From Macrostomum lignano (taxonomy: Eukaryota), in NCBI GenBank assembly GCA_002269645.1, contig NIVC01002129.1, positions 124,001 to 188,000 of the forward strand: DNA of 64,000 nucleotides. The letters run 5' to 3'. Below, one piece after another: positions 1 through 10,405 of the stretch; positions within the stretch are counted from its first letter, which is position 1; every line of letters starts with the position of its first letter. A program made the translations under genes and the position numbers. The notes under the pieces were generated by a model. That model made no database searches. It was given only the letters and a program-made list of their open reading frames with translations, and was not told where the DNA came from.

Positions 1-1
1 C

Positions 2-562
2 AACAATAACTTGCGAGTTTGAAATGTTTTTAATATCGCCTGCCGACGAAATTTGGTGTAGTAGATCGTTTAAGTTGAAATAGTTGGCTGAGTTTGTACA
101 TGGTCTTGGAATGGCGGTTCCAACAATAATATTGTGGACAGTGTCCAAAAATCCTCGGATGCGCCTTCCCTTGTAAAAGGCCTCGATTCGAGGTTTGTCG
201 TAGCAGGTTGTTGTAGTATTTGATGGCAAGATGTTAAAGTGGTTGATCGGTGTACATTTATAGATTAGCAAATATCCGTAAACTGGAATTGCCAAGACAT
301 CTTCAATACCTGTGATTTTCCTAAAGGTCGTCGTGGGATTGGCATAATAGTTCTGTCTTGCGTAATTTAGGCTGGTTTCGTGCATTCGGCACGTTAGTTT
401 GACCATGGATCGATGCAGATAGTTCAGTTGCTTGTGTAGCTTATGTTCCATGGCGGCTAGTTTTGCTGCCAGAAGTCGTGCTGATACTAGAGAAGGCTTA
501 GGTAGGTCTCGCTTATGTCGTTCTATGACATCTTCTCTCTGATAGGTTCCATTTACTACCAT
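2..562 (-). CDS. Partial envelope-like glycoprotein, class III fusion type (herpes gB / chuvirus G-like); runs off the left edge and is 5'-disrupted
   Basis: Not in the ORF track because there is no stop in the window. Hand translation from ATG 562: MVVNGTYQREDVIERHKRDLPKP...KLAAMEHKLHKQLNYLHRSMVKLTCRMHETSLNYARQNYYANPTTTFRKITGIEDVLAIPVYGYLLIYKCTPINHFNILPSNTTTTCYDKPRIEAFYKGRRIRGFLDTVHNIIVGTAIPRPCTNS..., 187 open codons. It has a furin-type RHKR site, sequons NGT/NTT/NIS, a long helix then C..NP..G..C.P..CY..P..FL..II..C spacing as recalled for gB/chuvirus glycoproteins. A 10-bp tandem duplication (ccatttacta x2, 549-568) breaks the frame upstream. Confidence 0.62.
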   Translation of the reverse strand, partial: MVVNGTYQREDVIERHKRDLPKPSLVSARLLAAKLAAMEHKLHKQLNYLHRSMVKLTCRMHETSLNYARQNYYANPTTTFRKITGIEDVLAIPVYGYLLIYKCTPINHFNILPSNTTTTCYDKPRIEAFYKGRRIRGFLDTVHNIIVGTAIPRPCTNSANYFNLNDLLHQISSAGDIKNISNSQVIV

Positions 563-1416
563 TTACTAGTGGCTTGTAGGCTTCTTGGTTTGGCTTAGGT
601 GACTCAGTACCTCCGGGAGTCCTTGACTTTTATCAATTGGACAGGTATGGTCCCTCAGAGATTGGTCTTCTTATTTCTTCAGTGTCTTCTTAGAGACCGC
701 TCCGAGTCTGAATTTTTTACTTGAATTTTCACTTATATTTATAGCAAAATTTTGGAGAAAAACCGGTTTGGGATTGGGTATTTACTTAGGTCAAAAATGT
801 TTGATTAAGCGGTCATGCATGTTTGAGCATTACCAGATATGGAATTAAGCAAATAAAACTCACGAGAACCGGTTTTTTGATCAAATAAACGTCGGTCCTA
901 CGTAGGGCTCTGAGTCACTTCTGTTTGCATGTGACTCATTCTAAAATAGAATTTCTAAAAATAGATATGACTCATCATGACTCATTCTAAAATAGATTGC
1001 GAGTTTAAATTGATTTAGTTAGAATATTACTTTAAGTAGTGCGTTTTGTTATAACTTACTGTTCTCTACAGTGTGAAGTATATTATTATTAGTAAGTTTA
1101 TCTTGCTTAATACAACATCTAGATCTAGTTTTTTTCCACGATTTACATTAAAAACTACTTGTAGTAGAAACTTCTCAACCATTTGCTTTCCTGAATATCC
1201 AGGATTTTTTCCAGGATTTGTTTTCTAAGATTTTTCCGTAAAGCTTACTCATAGTAGTTTTTAATGTAAATCATGGAATATTATAAGTGTCAATATCAGC
1301 TTAGCTTAGTCCGCCGATGCCGTTAAGGTCCAGGTTTTTTTTCCACGATTTACAATAAAAACTACTTTTAGTAGAAGCTTCTCAAGTAGTAACTCCGAGT
1401 TTTTTCTTGAGAGTCG

Positions 1417-1890
1417 CTAGGACTTCGCCTGCTTTCTTCTGGCCAGACAGCCAAGCACCTCCAAATCCTTCACGAAAACTTTAAGCTCATTAAATTGACG
1501 TCGCATTCTCTTCTCGTCGCCTTGCACATAAGCCATGCTCAACTTCTTTGCGTCGAAAAATCTAAAAAGAACTATTACGGAATTATAATGTGAATAAGAT
1601 AAAGTTGGTTTACTAGCAAATATCTTTAGTCTATTTCTACTCGCGTTTTCACAAAGCGACAAATTAATTATAAGGTGAAAATTTTGTCAATAGTCTTTAG
1701 TAGTGAGCCAATAGAACAAAACGCAAAAAAATTTACCTTGTCCTGACGACAATTTCCTCATTCCTGATGTTGTTGAGGCTTTCCTTCAACCGGGCCATGA
1801 AGCGCTTCCCGGCGCTCCTTGTCGTTTTCAGAGGCGCTTGGCGTCTTCAGTTCGCTCTTTCTTGGCGGACGCTTGATCGACTTTACGCAT
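1417..1890 (-). pseudogene. Possible two-exon gene remnant of unknown function
   Basis: Donor AG|gtaaat near 1737 and acceptor ttttag|A near 1562 join in frame to give ...RFMARLKESLNNIRNEEIVVRTRFFDAKKLSMAYVQGDEKRMRRQFNELKVFVKDLEVLGCLARRKQAKS*. The upstream part has stops or frameshifts. No recognisable domain. Confidence 0.25.
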
Positions 1891-2712
1891 TATTTCGAAC
1901 AGTGAGGTCTGCTCCTCTTCGCCAATAGCGGCAATCGCAACCGCCGTGCTTACAGCGTCTTAAGAGTTTATGCTCTTAATAGCATTTAGTATCTTAGTTG
2001 GCTGTTTAGCCTTAGAAGCCATGGTTGGCTTAGAGCGATGCAGATGCGGGGCGAAGCGAGGCGGGGCGAGGTGCGGTGTGAATCGGCTGTTTATATACCT
2101 TTGGTGGTATACGGTAGTACTCGGAAATCTCTTTTTTCTAGAGTATTCTAGAATTCGAATTCTAGAAGGGAAACCCGCAGATTTTCTATTTATAGGCAGT
2201 ATTTTCTATTAATGGTTGATTAGGGTTGCCAAATTAATTTTTCCCTACCCATGTACTACCGTGTAAAACGCTACTATGATCTAAATATACTTTTGATTGT
2301 ATCGCATTTGTGTTGCATGCCAATGCGGGTTTTTTTTACAACTTGCGTCTGCACTCTGCACCCTAAGATCCAGAAAACCAGGAAGAACCTTATTCTCCTG
2401 TGACCTGGAAATTTTCCTGTGACGGTACGTGTCTTGGCTAAGAAATTGGTCAATGCTAAAGGCAATAAATATTCGAAAAACATGCTTTTTTGCAAAGGTC
2501 AAGCATTGCGGCAGTATTCAAAATGCTATGTGGAAGCGTAGCACCAGACTTAATTTAGATTGCGTAATAATTTTGTTAACTGACACTGACCGACTGAGAA
2601 ATAGATTATGTCGTAACTGCTTCGTGTGATTTACTCTATGCGTGGAGTTTTGAAAGTGTTGAATTTATATATATATATATGTGCTAAAATTCATGTTATC
2701 AAAACGATGAGA

Positions 2713-2772
2713 GCTAGCCTAGAGGTGAACAGACTGAACTGCCAAATGCAGCGACGATGGTTCGAATTTTAA
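2713..2772 (+). other. Degenerate tRNA-like (Pol III A/B-box) segment inside the Helitron copy
   Basis: tagcctagaggtg (A-box-like) and ggttcgaat (B-box); homologous to 44488-44548. No complete cloverleaf could be folded by eye. Confidence 0.4.
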
Positions 2773-2804
2773 GAGAGTAGAGTTTTTGTTAAAGAAACTT
2801 TTTA

Positions 2805-3160
2805 AAAAGAAGCGTCATTTAAAAATCATAGAAGCGTCATGTAAAAATTAAATAAGCGTCGTGTAAAAAGTTATAGAAGCGTTATGTAAAAAATCATAGA
2901 AGTGTCATGTAAACAATTATAAAAGCTTCATGAAAAATCATAGAAGCGTCTTGTAAAAAATCATAGAAGCGTCATTTAATGAATTTTAGAAGCTTAATGT
3001 AAAAAATTATAGAAGCATCATGTGAAAATTATAGAAGCATCATGTGAAAATTATAGAAGCATCATGTAAAAAATCATAGAAGTGTCATGTAAAAAATAAT
3101 AATAAATGAAGGAATAATAAAAGAAGCGTCATGTCAAAATTAAAAGAAGCATCACGTAAA
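2805..3160 (+). repeat. ~21-22-bp satellite (aaaaatcatagaagcgtcatgt), short array
   Basis: Directly visible tandem units; same unit as 44601-46200. Confidence 0.9.
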
Positions 3161-3898
3161 ACTGTTCTGTTACTCTTGAGGAGAATTACTATGATATTAA
3201 GGCTCACGGAGAATAACTGAGATGTAAAGGATTACCGGGAGATTTCTCTGAGATGTCAAGCCAAAAGTCAGAAGCTACATGTAGTTTACTCACATTTTTT
3301 ATTACATTCTTTGTTGGGTCGCCAACAAAGAATGTTGGGTCTTTGTTGGGTCGCTACGATGTCAAGGCTTGGATGGAAACACTATAGTGCTGTGATTCTT
3401 GGGTAGGAATCACTAAAATGTCAAGGCTTAAGGGGGGGAATTGCTGCGATGTAAAGGCTTTAGAGTTAGTGTTAGGGTTAGGTTTAGGTCAGGTTTGAGT
3501 TTAGGGTTAGGGTTTAGGGGGTTTCAACCCACATAACCAAAATTATCGCCCCTACACCGCCCTGATATCGCTTTCTGATTAGCCGTGATATCTGGGCGTC
3601 ATCGCCTAACTTATCGCCTATGCATCAAAAGTGGTCATCTTTATCTACTCGCCTCGATATCGCCCCGCGATATCGCCGGGCGAGATGTAGGCGATTGCGA
3701 GGCGATGAAGTCGACTGTTACTACTTTCAGTAATATTATTTGAAAAACAACAATAAAAAATGAATCGAATTTGCATTATTGCGCATTTCGTTGCTTTCTG
3801 ATATCGCTTTAAACAAACGTTGTCCAAGTAACTTATATATTTTAATTGCTAACTGTTGGAGACACTGTCTGAAAAGTAATGTTAACAAATGTCAAAAT

Positions 3899-5765
3899 TT
3901 TAATTGGGATTGTTCCCAGAATCAACAGCATTTACGCGCTTTTTGTGCTCCCTAGTAACATCTGTGGCGTGCATCAAAACATAGGATATAGCACCATTGA
4001 TCTCTGCAGCCGTGCCTCGCTAGAGTTGAGAACTAAATCGTGCACTGAAGTTCCGTTGAAATTTCGCTTAAAACCACTGCTGCCGGTGAAGCTGAACTTC
4101 GCTATTATTGCCGGAGCCATCAATTGTCTCATGATTCGTCTGATCGTGTCCCGAAGGTCTCTTCCACCAAGATTTTTCAACTGCCGACCCTGTGATTCAA
4201 ACGAGGAAGTCAATTTTTTAACAAGGATATGATAAACAATGCTATACAGAGCATTCATGGCAATATTATGATCCACGAAATAGCTCTAAAATAGGGAAAT
4301 TATCATTACATAATAACCCACTGGTAATAAGGAATCATAATCTGGGAATCATAATCAACTATTACCTAGTTGATTATCTTAAAGTTTATCGAATAAATGG
4401 TAACTTACGAAGCTTTCGATATTGGAACTCTCTTTGAGCCAGGTATCAAATTGCTCAAGATCATCGTCGCTCGATAAAGTCAGCGAGACCGGAGGCTTGA
4501 TAGCGAATTTAGAAGCGCTATGTTGCGAAAGCAGAATTGAAATCTGCCTAGAGTTGCATTCGGCGATCTCGCGAATGGTCGATAACTCGCGCAGAACGCG
4601 AAGTTCGAAGCCTAAATTTATAGGATCAGATAGTTTAGTGATTATTAACCTGGGTATTTTAAAGGACACATATGATAAATGTTTGCATGCACTTCTATAT
4701 GATAATCTACAGATCTACAGACTGCCTTAGTGGAATCATCGTGTTGTATTTAAATACAAGATTTTTTATCCCCGTAAGGATCCCTTATGGATCCTATGGA
4801 GCTTATGGATTCCTATTTCCTATTCGTAGTTCAAGCTTAATTCACAAGGATCTCATTTGCACAGCAATTAGACTTACTAGAAAATCGAGAGGCTTACTGG
4901 GCTGAAGCGCCTTGAGTAGCAAGCTGTAATCGATGGGGTGTCGCCTGATTGACACTCACAGTCGCAGAGAAAGACGAGGGGCTGCGTCTCGAAGACAGGT
5001 TGGGCTGGCGACCTGGAGGTGGTAAATTTGCAGAAAGGTACCTTATGTAATTCGTATTTGCGGGACTCAGATGCACTTGGTCTAAATCGGGAGTTGAGAA
5101 GATGGCCAAGCCACCCCTTTCAGTACCACAGCGAGCTACCAAAGACCGTAGAACAGTTTAGAGAAATTTTTACTATACTTCCTTTCCTGGACGTGTTTGT
5201 ATATATCTACAAGTGTAAATATATCGCTCACGTCTGATACTGATCCAGTTGCAACAAACTAATAGTTTACCAATCTGTACCATGCTAGAAGAAACGTTGC
5301 TAACCCCAGGTCTAAAACACTAAAAACCTGACTTACTAGGAACTTCAGAGAGTGACTGGGACGACGCGGCCTGATTAGCAGACTGTGGTTGACGAACTTC
5401 TGGCAAAGGCGAAGAAAAGCGGTCAGGCTCCGAGTCGAAATCAGCTGCGTGGCTCACAGTGAATTCAGGAACATCAGGGCAGTCATCAGCAGAATCACTG
5501 CTAGATGAAGAGGTCTCTGGCCTTGCTCTTTTTCTACCGCGCTTGTCTTTCCGTTTAGTCGTTTTCAGCTTGGCCTGAGAGCTTTCACAATTTTCAGATT
5601 CGGAAGAATCGGAATCACCGCTATCATTGTGTTTTTGCAGCAGCATCTCTGTCCCGGTAGACATTTAAAGATGGTCTTGGTCGGCTTTCTTCTGGGTCGG
5701 TTGTGCTGTCATACCAGCTTCCGCCCGTTTTATTCGCCTTCTAGCCTGAAGTCCATCCTCTGAAA
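3899..5765 (-). pseudogene. Spliced DUF4806-like EnSpm accessory gene, frameshifted
   Basis: Exons EDGLQARRRIKRAEAG, GFELRVLRELSTIREIAECNSRQISILLS and GRQLKNLGGRDLRDTIRRIMRQLMAPAIIAKFSFTGSSGFKRNF match ARRRCKRAEAG, GFEIRVLRELAALREIADSNTRAISLLLS and QLAHIGGKDVRETARRMLRHVLAPDVMETFNFTGTGSKRSF at 47645-49065. The last exon shifts frame near 4010 (continues AAEINGAISYVLMHATD). GG....R......TG..K..F is the recalled DUF4806 pattern. Confidence 0.65.
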
Positions 5766-5803
5766 TGTAAAAGGAACCCAGAATTGCAGCTAACTCATTT
5801 TAA

Positions 5804-7177
5804 CAGTAGGAATACCAAGCCATTTTTCCGCCCGTCGAACTACCAAGAGGGGGGGGGAAAATTTCCCCCCCCCTGACAATTTTTTTTGCTGCGCCGGAAC
5901 GGAGCAACGCAGGCACACGAAATTCAAGAACACGGGCTAACTTTTTGTTGCGCACCTTCTCAAACAAGAATCAAGTCGCCAACCCTCCGGACCGTCGAGA
6001 TATTCGACGATTCTGCCAGAAGGTCCATAGTCACCTGGTGTAATCTGTTGAAGGAGCCGACGGCGTCGGGATGATGACGGAATGCTCGAGAGACTAGCTG
6101 ACAATGTCCGTCGGTTGAGGTTTGCCCATTATTGAAGCTTGATAAGAAAGACCTGACATAGTTGCAAAAGGACGTCCATAGTCACCTGATGCCACCTGTT
6201 GAAGGTGCCGACGGTGTCGGGATGATGACGGAATGCTTAGGAGACTAGCTGAAGGTGTCCAGCAGTTGAGGCTTGCCTACTGTCGAGGCTTGATCGGCGA
6301 AACTAGAGAAATTCGCATCAGGGTGTCCTTACTCCCCTGGTGTCATCTGTTGAAGGAGCCGACGGCGTCGGGATGATGACGGAATGCTTAGGAGACTAGC
6401 TGAAGGTGTCCAGCAGTTGAGGCTTGCCTACTGTCGAGGCTTGATCGGCGAAACTAGAGGAATTCGCATCAGGCTGTCCATAGTCACCTGGTGTAATCTG
6501 TTGAAGGAGCCGACGGCGTCGGGATGATGACGGAATGCTCGAGAGACTAGCTGACAATGTCCGTCGGTTGAGGTTTGCCCATTATTGAAGCTTGATAAGA
6601 AAGACCTGACATAGTTGCAAAAGGACGTCCATAGTCACCTGATGCCACCTGTTGAAGGAGCCGACGGTGTCGGGATGATGACGGAATGCTCAGGAGACTA
6701 GCTGAGGGTGTCCGGCAGTTGAGGCTTGCCTACTGTCGAGGCTTGATCGGTGAAACTCGAGAAATTCGCATCAAGGTGTTCATAGTCACCTGGTGCCACC
6801 TGTTGAAGGTCTAGAAGCTCCGTCTCGGTGAAGGCCAGTAACCAACGAAGTCAGAGCTGATGCAGACACATTTGGTCGACGTGCTGATGAAATTTGGAGA
6901 CTTGGCAAGGCTGCACTGAGGCGCAGTGCTAATTGGCGCACAGGGGTGTACTGAATACACTAGCGCTTATGGGAAAAATCCGACCTTCTGGCAGAATCGT
7001 CGAATATCTCGACGGTCCGGAGGGTTGGCGACTTGATTCTTGTTTGAGAAGGTGCGCAACAAAAAGTTAGCCCGTGTTCTTGAATTTCGTGTGCCTGCGT
7101 TGCTCCGTTCCGGCGCAGCAAAAAAAATTGTCAGGGGGGGGGGAAATTTTCCCCCCCCCCTCTTGGTAGTTCTACTG
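5804..7177. mobile_element. Non-autonomous foldback/MITE-like element with ~190-bp TIRs, flanked by TTAA
   Basis: 5837-6025 is the near-perfect reverse complement of 6984-7172. Outer ends read TTAA|CAGTAGGAATACCAAG (left) and TTAA|CAGTAGAACTACCAAG (right, reverse complement). No coding capacity. Confidence 0.8.
6026..6810 (+). repeat. 151-bp tandem repeat, ~5.2 copies, inside the TTAA element
   Basis: Unit start catagtcacc at 6026, 6177, 6479, 6630 and 6781 (steps of 151; the ~6328 unit start is diverged). Two sequence variants alternate. Confidence 0.9.
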
Positions 7178-7649
7178 TTAACCATACGATAAAACAGTGC
7201 ACAAGTATAACCACACTTACTAGTGAATGAAGACGCTGTCGTCTTCAAAGGTGGGACGATGGTTTATATTGGCTTATAACCCAATAATTTAACAATGCGT
7301 AATATATTAGTTACTGTGCTGAGCAGTCAGCTTCTGTAAGCTCGTGCATACATGCATTTGCTTCTATCATGGCGCTGTACCTTCGGGAAGCAACTGAAAA
7401 AATTTGAATATTGTCTTTATTTTCAATATATTGAAATTAATATTTTATTTTCTTTATTTTCATTTTAAAACAGCTGAAATTAAATTTACACTATACTTAG
7501 ATTAATAATAATTAGACGCAGAAAGTCACCAGTATACATCCCATCGTCCAAATCCTCTCCAAATCCTCTATTAACCTCCCAAAAACCATGTTGTTTAACA
7601 TGTTTGCAAAAATTGACTGCCTGCCATTGTCCAGACTGAGACTCTCGTC

Positions 7650-8290
7650 TGTCCCTCTCTCCTCTTTGCTCTCTCATCTCTAATCTCTCCTATATCCTCT
7701 CTGCTCTCATCTGCTCGTTTATCTATCAATTCTCATCTCATCTCTAATATCTCATCTCTACTCTCTTATCTCTCCTTTCTGCGCTCTCATATCTACTCTC
7801 TTATCTCTCCTTTCTGCGCTCTCATATCTACTCTCTTATCTCTCCTTTCTGCGCTCTCATATCTACTCTCTTCTTTCTCCTCACTACTTTTTCCTCTCTT
7901 CTCATTTATCTCTTCTCTCCCCTCTCCTTTATCTCCTCTCTGCTCTCTCATCTCTACTTTCTACCCTCTCCTCTCTCCCTTATCCTCTCGCTTCTCTCTC
8001 CTCTCCCTCCCCTCATCTCTACTCATTTATCTCTTCTCTCTCGTCTTTCGGCTCTACTCCCTCCTGTCTCCTCTTTCACATCTCTTACCCCCTCTCCTCT
8101 CTCCTCTCAATTCCCTTATCTCTTCTCTCGCCTTTATTCTCTTTTTTTTCTTTTCTCTAATCTGTCCCTTTTAATTCTCTCTTTTCATGTTCTCTTTAAT
8201 CTAATATTTTATCTACTCTTTCCTTTTCTCTTTTCTCTATTCCCTTTCATTTAGCCATTTCATCCTCTCTATGAAACAGATATCATCAAA
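7650..8290 (+). repeat. CT-rich low-complexity tract
   Basis: ctct/tctc-rich, with a short ~33-bp triplication (tctactctcttatctctcctttctgcgctctca) at ~7757-7870. The start motif tccagactgagactctc recurs at ~8526. Confidence 0.8.
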
Positions 8291-9093
8291 ATCCTCTCCG
8301 TTAAACTGCAATCCAGCGTGTATCATCTCCTTCAAGCTACAATCCATCAATTTAAAAAAAATATTATCTCTATTGAATTTCAGTCAATTAAGACTATGAT
8401 ACTGAAGTCTATAAAAATATGCTTTTTACTTGTTTGGGTATACGTCAAAAAATCTTTAAAATCCTCCATAAAACCTGTGAAATATCATAGCATGTTTTCC
8501 CTGTTTACAAAAATTTACTACCATGGTCCAGACTGAGACTCTCCTGTTTCCTCTCTCCTATTTGCTCCTTTATCTAATCTCTTCTCTCTGCTCTCATCTC
8601 CTCTCATCTCTACTCTTACTTTCTTATCAATCATCTCCCATCTCTCAACTCTCCTCTCTGCGCTCTCATCTCTATTTTGCATGCATCTCTAGTATGCAAA
8701 ATTTCATACTATTTCCAGCTATAACAATTAATAATATTAGCAATACAAAACTTGCAAAATCCTCTATTTTTTACGTGAATAACTGGGAAGATTGCAGCCT
8801 AATGAGCTATATGGCAAGCATGCCGAAGCACCATTCAATATAGTTAGGAAATTGCAAAATTACAAAATGTCAAAATGACAAAATTACCCTATTGTCCCGT
8901 GCATATTGGCAGTGTTATGCACTGTAGTCTTATAATAAGCAGTGATCCGTTGATACACCTTAATAAGGGTAAAGACTTTTCATTAACACTACTGACCTGC
9001 CGTTAAGTGTTTATAAACAAATAACTAATTTGCATTGATAATAATTGGCGTCATAACGGACTTCAATATTTTCAATATAGTGCCCAACACTGC

Positions 9094-10013
9094 CTATTGC
9101 ACAACGCACCTACCCCCAGCCCTAGCCCCAGACCCAGCCCCAGTCCTAGATTCAGCAGAAGCAGCAGGAGCAGATGTCGAGACGGCAGCAGACGCAGCTG
9201 GAACAGTTGCCGCACGTGCAGCTGCCGCACGTGCAGCTGCCGCACGTGCTGCTGCCGCACGGGCAGTGGCCGAACGTGCAACCGCTGCACCTGCAGTATC
9301 AGCTGCAGCAGTAGCAGCTGCAGCAGGAGCAGCTGTAGCAGGGGCCTAAATTAAATTTTATGTGCTTAAAATTAAAACGCAAGCTTTTGCAGCTATAACG
9401 TCTTTAAAGGATTTAGTAATTAATGAGAGTAATAAATACATTTGCACATGAACTTACGTTGCGCCGCATTAATTTACATTCTCGGGCAACGTGCCCGAGA
9501 ACTTTACATCGATAGCATCCTACAAATTTAAAATTTTGAATAAAGGTTGCTTACATTAACTAAGATAATGTAGAAATATGTAATAATTTTAACAACAAAT
9601 TTATGTTTTAGACTGCTAAAATTGAAAATTTAGTGTATATTTTACTTACGATAACTTCGCCTGCCGGCACCGCCGGCACCGCCGCGGCCGCCGCCACCGC
9701 CGCGGCTGCCACTGCCGAAATGGCCGCCAACGCCACCACTGCCGCCATGGCCGCCAACGCCGCGGCCGCCACCGCCGCCAACCGGATGGCCGCCACCGCC
9801 GCCATGGCCGCCACCGCCGCCACCGCCGCCATGGCCGCCACCGCCGCCACTGCCGCCATGGCCGCCACCGCCGCCACTGCCGCCATGGCCGCCACCGCCG
9901 ACATGGCCGCGGCCGCCACCATCACGGCCGCCACCGGAATTGTCGCCGCGGCCGCCACCGCCGCCACCGGCAGGGCCGCCATCGCGGCCGAAATAAAAAT
10001 AAAAATTCGACAT
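9094..10013 (-). CDS. Three-exon gene: Gly/RGG-rich domain + CCHC zinc knuckle + Ala-rich tail (225 aa), putative RNA-binding protein
   Basis: Exons 10013-9650 (364 nt, cag|ATG ... C|gtaagt), 9519-9458 (62 nt, tag|GA ... AAC|gtaagt) and 9345-9094 (252 nt, tag|GCC ... TAG). The phases add up to 678 nt. Product: MSNFYFYFGRDGGPAGGGGGGRGDNSGGGRDGGGRGH...GGRGGAGGAGRRSYRCYRCKVLGHVARECKLMRRNAPATAAPAAAA...ARAAAARAAAAR...GGRCVVQ*. CYRCKVLGHVAREC is CX2CX4HX4C. Confidence 0.75.
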
Positions 10014-10059
10014 CTGAAAGCAGAAAATACAAACCAAATGACTAATCATCATCATTCAT

Positions 10060-10405
10060 CATCAGTTATACTAAAAATAGAACTATCTACCAACCTATGT
10101 ATCTATCTATGCGAATTTTGGCTTACTTGACATTGTGTGAACCGATTTTCTTCAAACTTGCACTATTAGATCAGAAATTTTTCCGTGAGGGTACATGTAT
10201 CGTGGCTAAGAAATTGGTCAATGCTAAAAAGATAATAAGGTAAAAAGAAAAACTTTTCTGCAAAGGTCAAGTAGCCCTTTCCACGAGAAATGCATTGTAA
10301 GAATTATAGAAAAAAAACTGACTGACTAAATTCTGATTCTGACAAGCATTGCATCATACTAAGCATTTTATTCATGTCTAAAAAGGTATAAAAAACATTT
10401 CACAC
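10060..10405 (+). mobile_element. 5' fragment of the Helitron family, interrupted by the outer KDZ element
   Basis: tatactaaaaat..., accgattttcttcaaacttgcact..gatcagaaatttt..gctaagaaattggtcaatgctaaa..gcaaaggtcaag..attctgattctga, colinear with 43996-44270. Confidence 0.55.

Larger units (their letters stand above)
2408..3527 (+). mobile_element. Partial copy of the non-autonomous Helitron family (5'-truncated, cut at the 3' side by an EnSpm end)
   Basis: Colinear with 44095-46400: aaattttcctg..acggtac..gctaagaaattg..aaaaacatgcttttttgcaaaggtcaagca, then the tRNA-like segment, the aaatcatagaagcgtcatgt satellite, atgtcaaggctt repeats and gggtta repeats. Confidence 0.65.
3528..7400 (-). mobile_element. 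Partial CCC-terminus EnSpm/CACTA-type element (one end plus accessory gene); right boundary approximate
   Basis: Starts CCCACATAACCAAAA, matching the first 15 nt at 43667, followed by atcgcc/gcgat subterminal repeats. It carries exons homologous to the 47645-49447 gene. No second TIR or transposase found. Confidence 0.65.

Noticed and set aside
9035-10130. Ala-rich and Cys/Ser-rich ORFs on the + strand and alternative frames
   Set aside because: Shadows of the minus-strand Gly-rich/CCHC gene, which alone has consistent splice sites and a recognisable motif.
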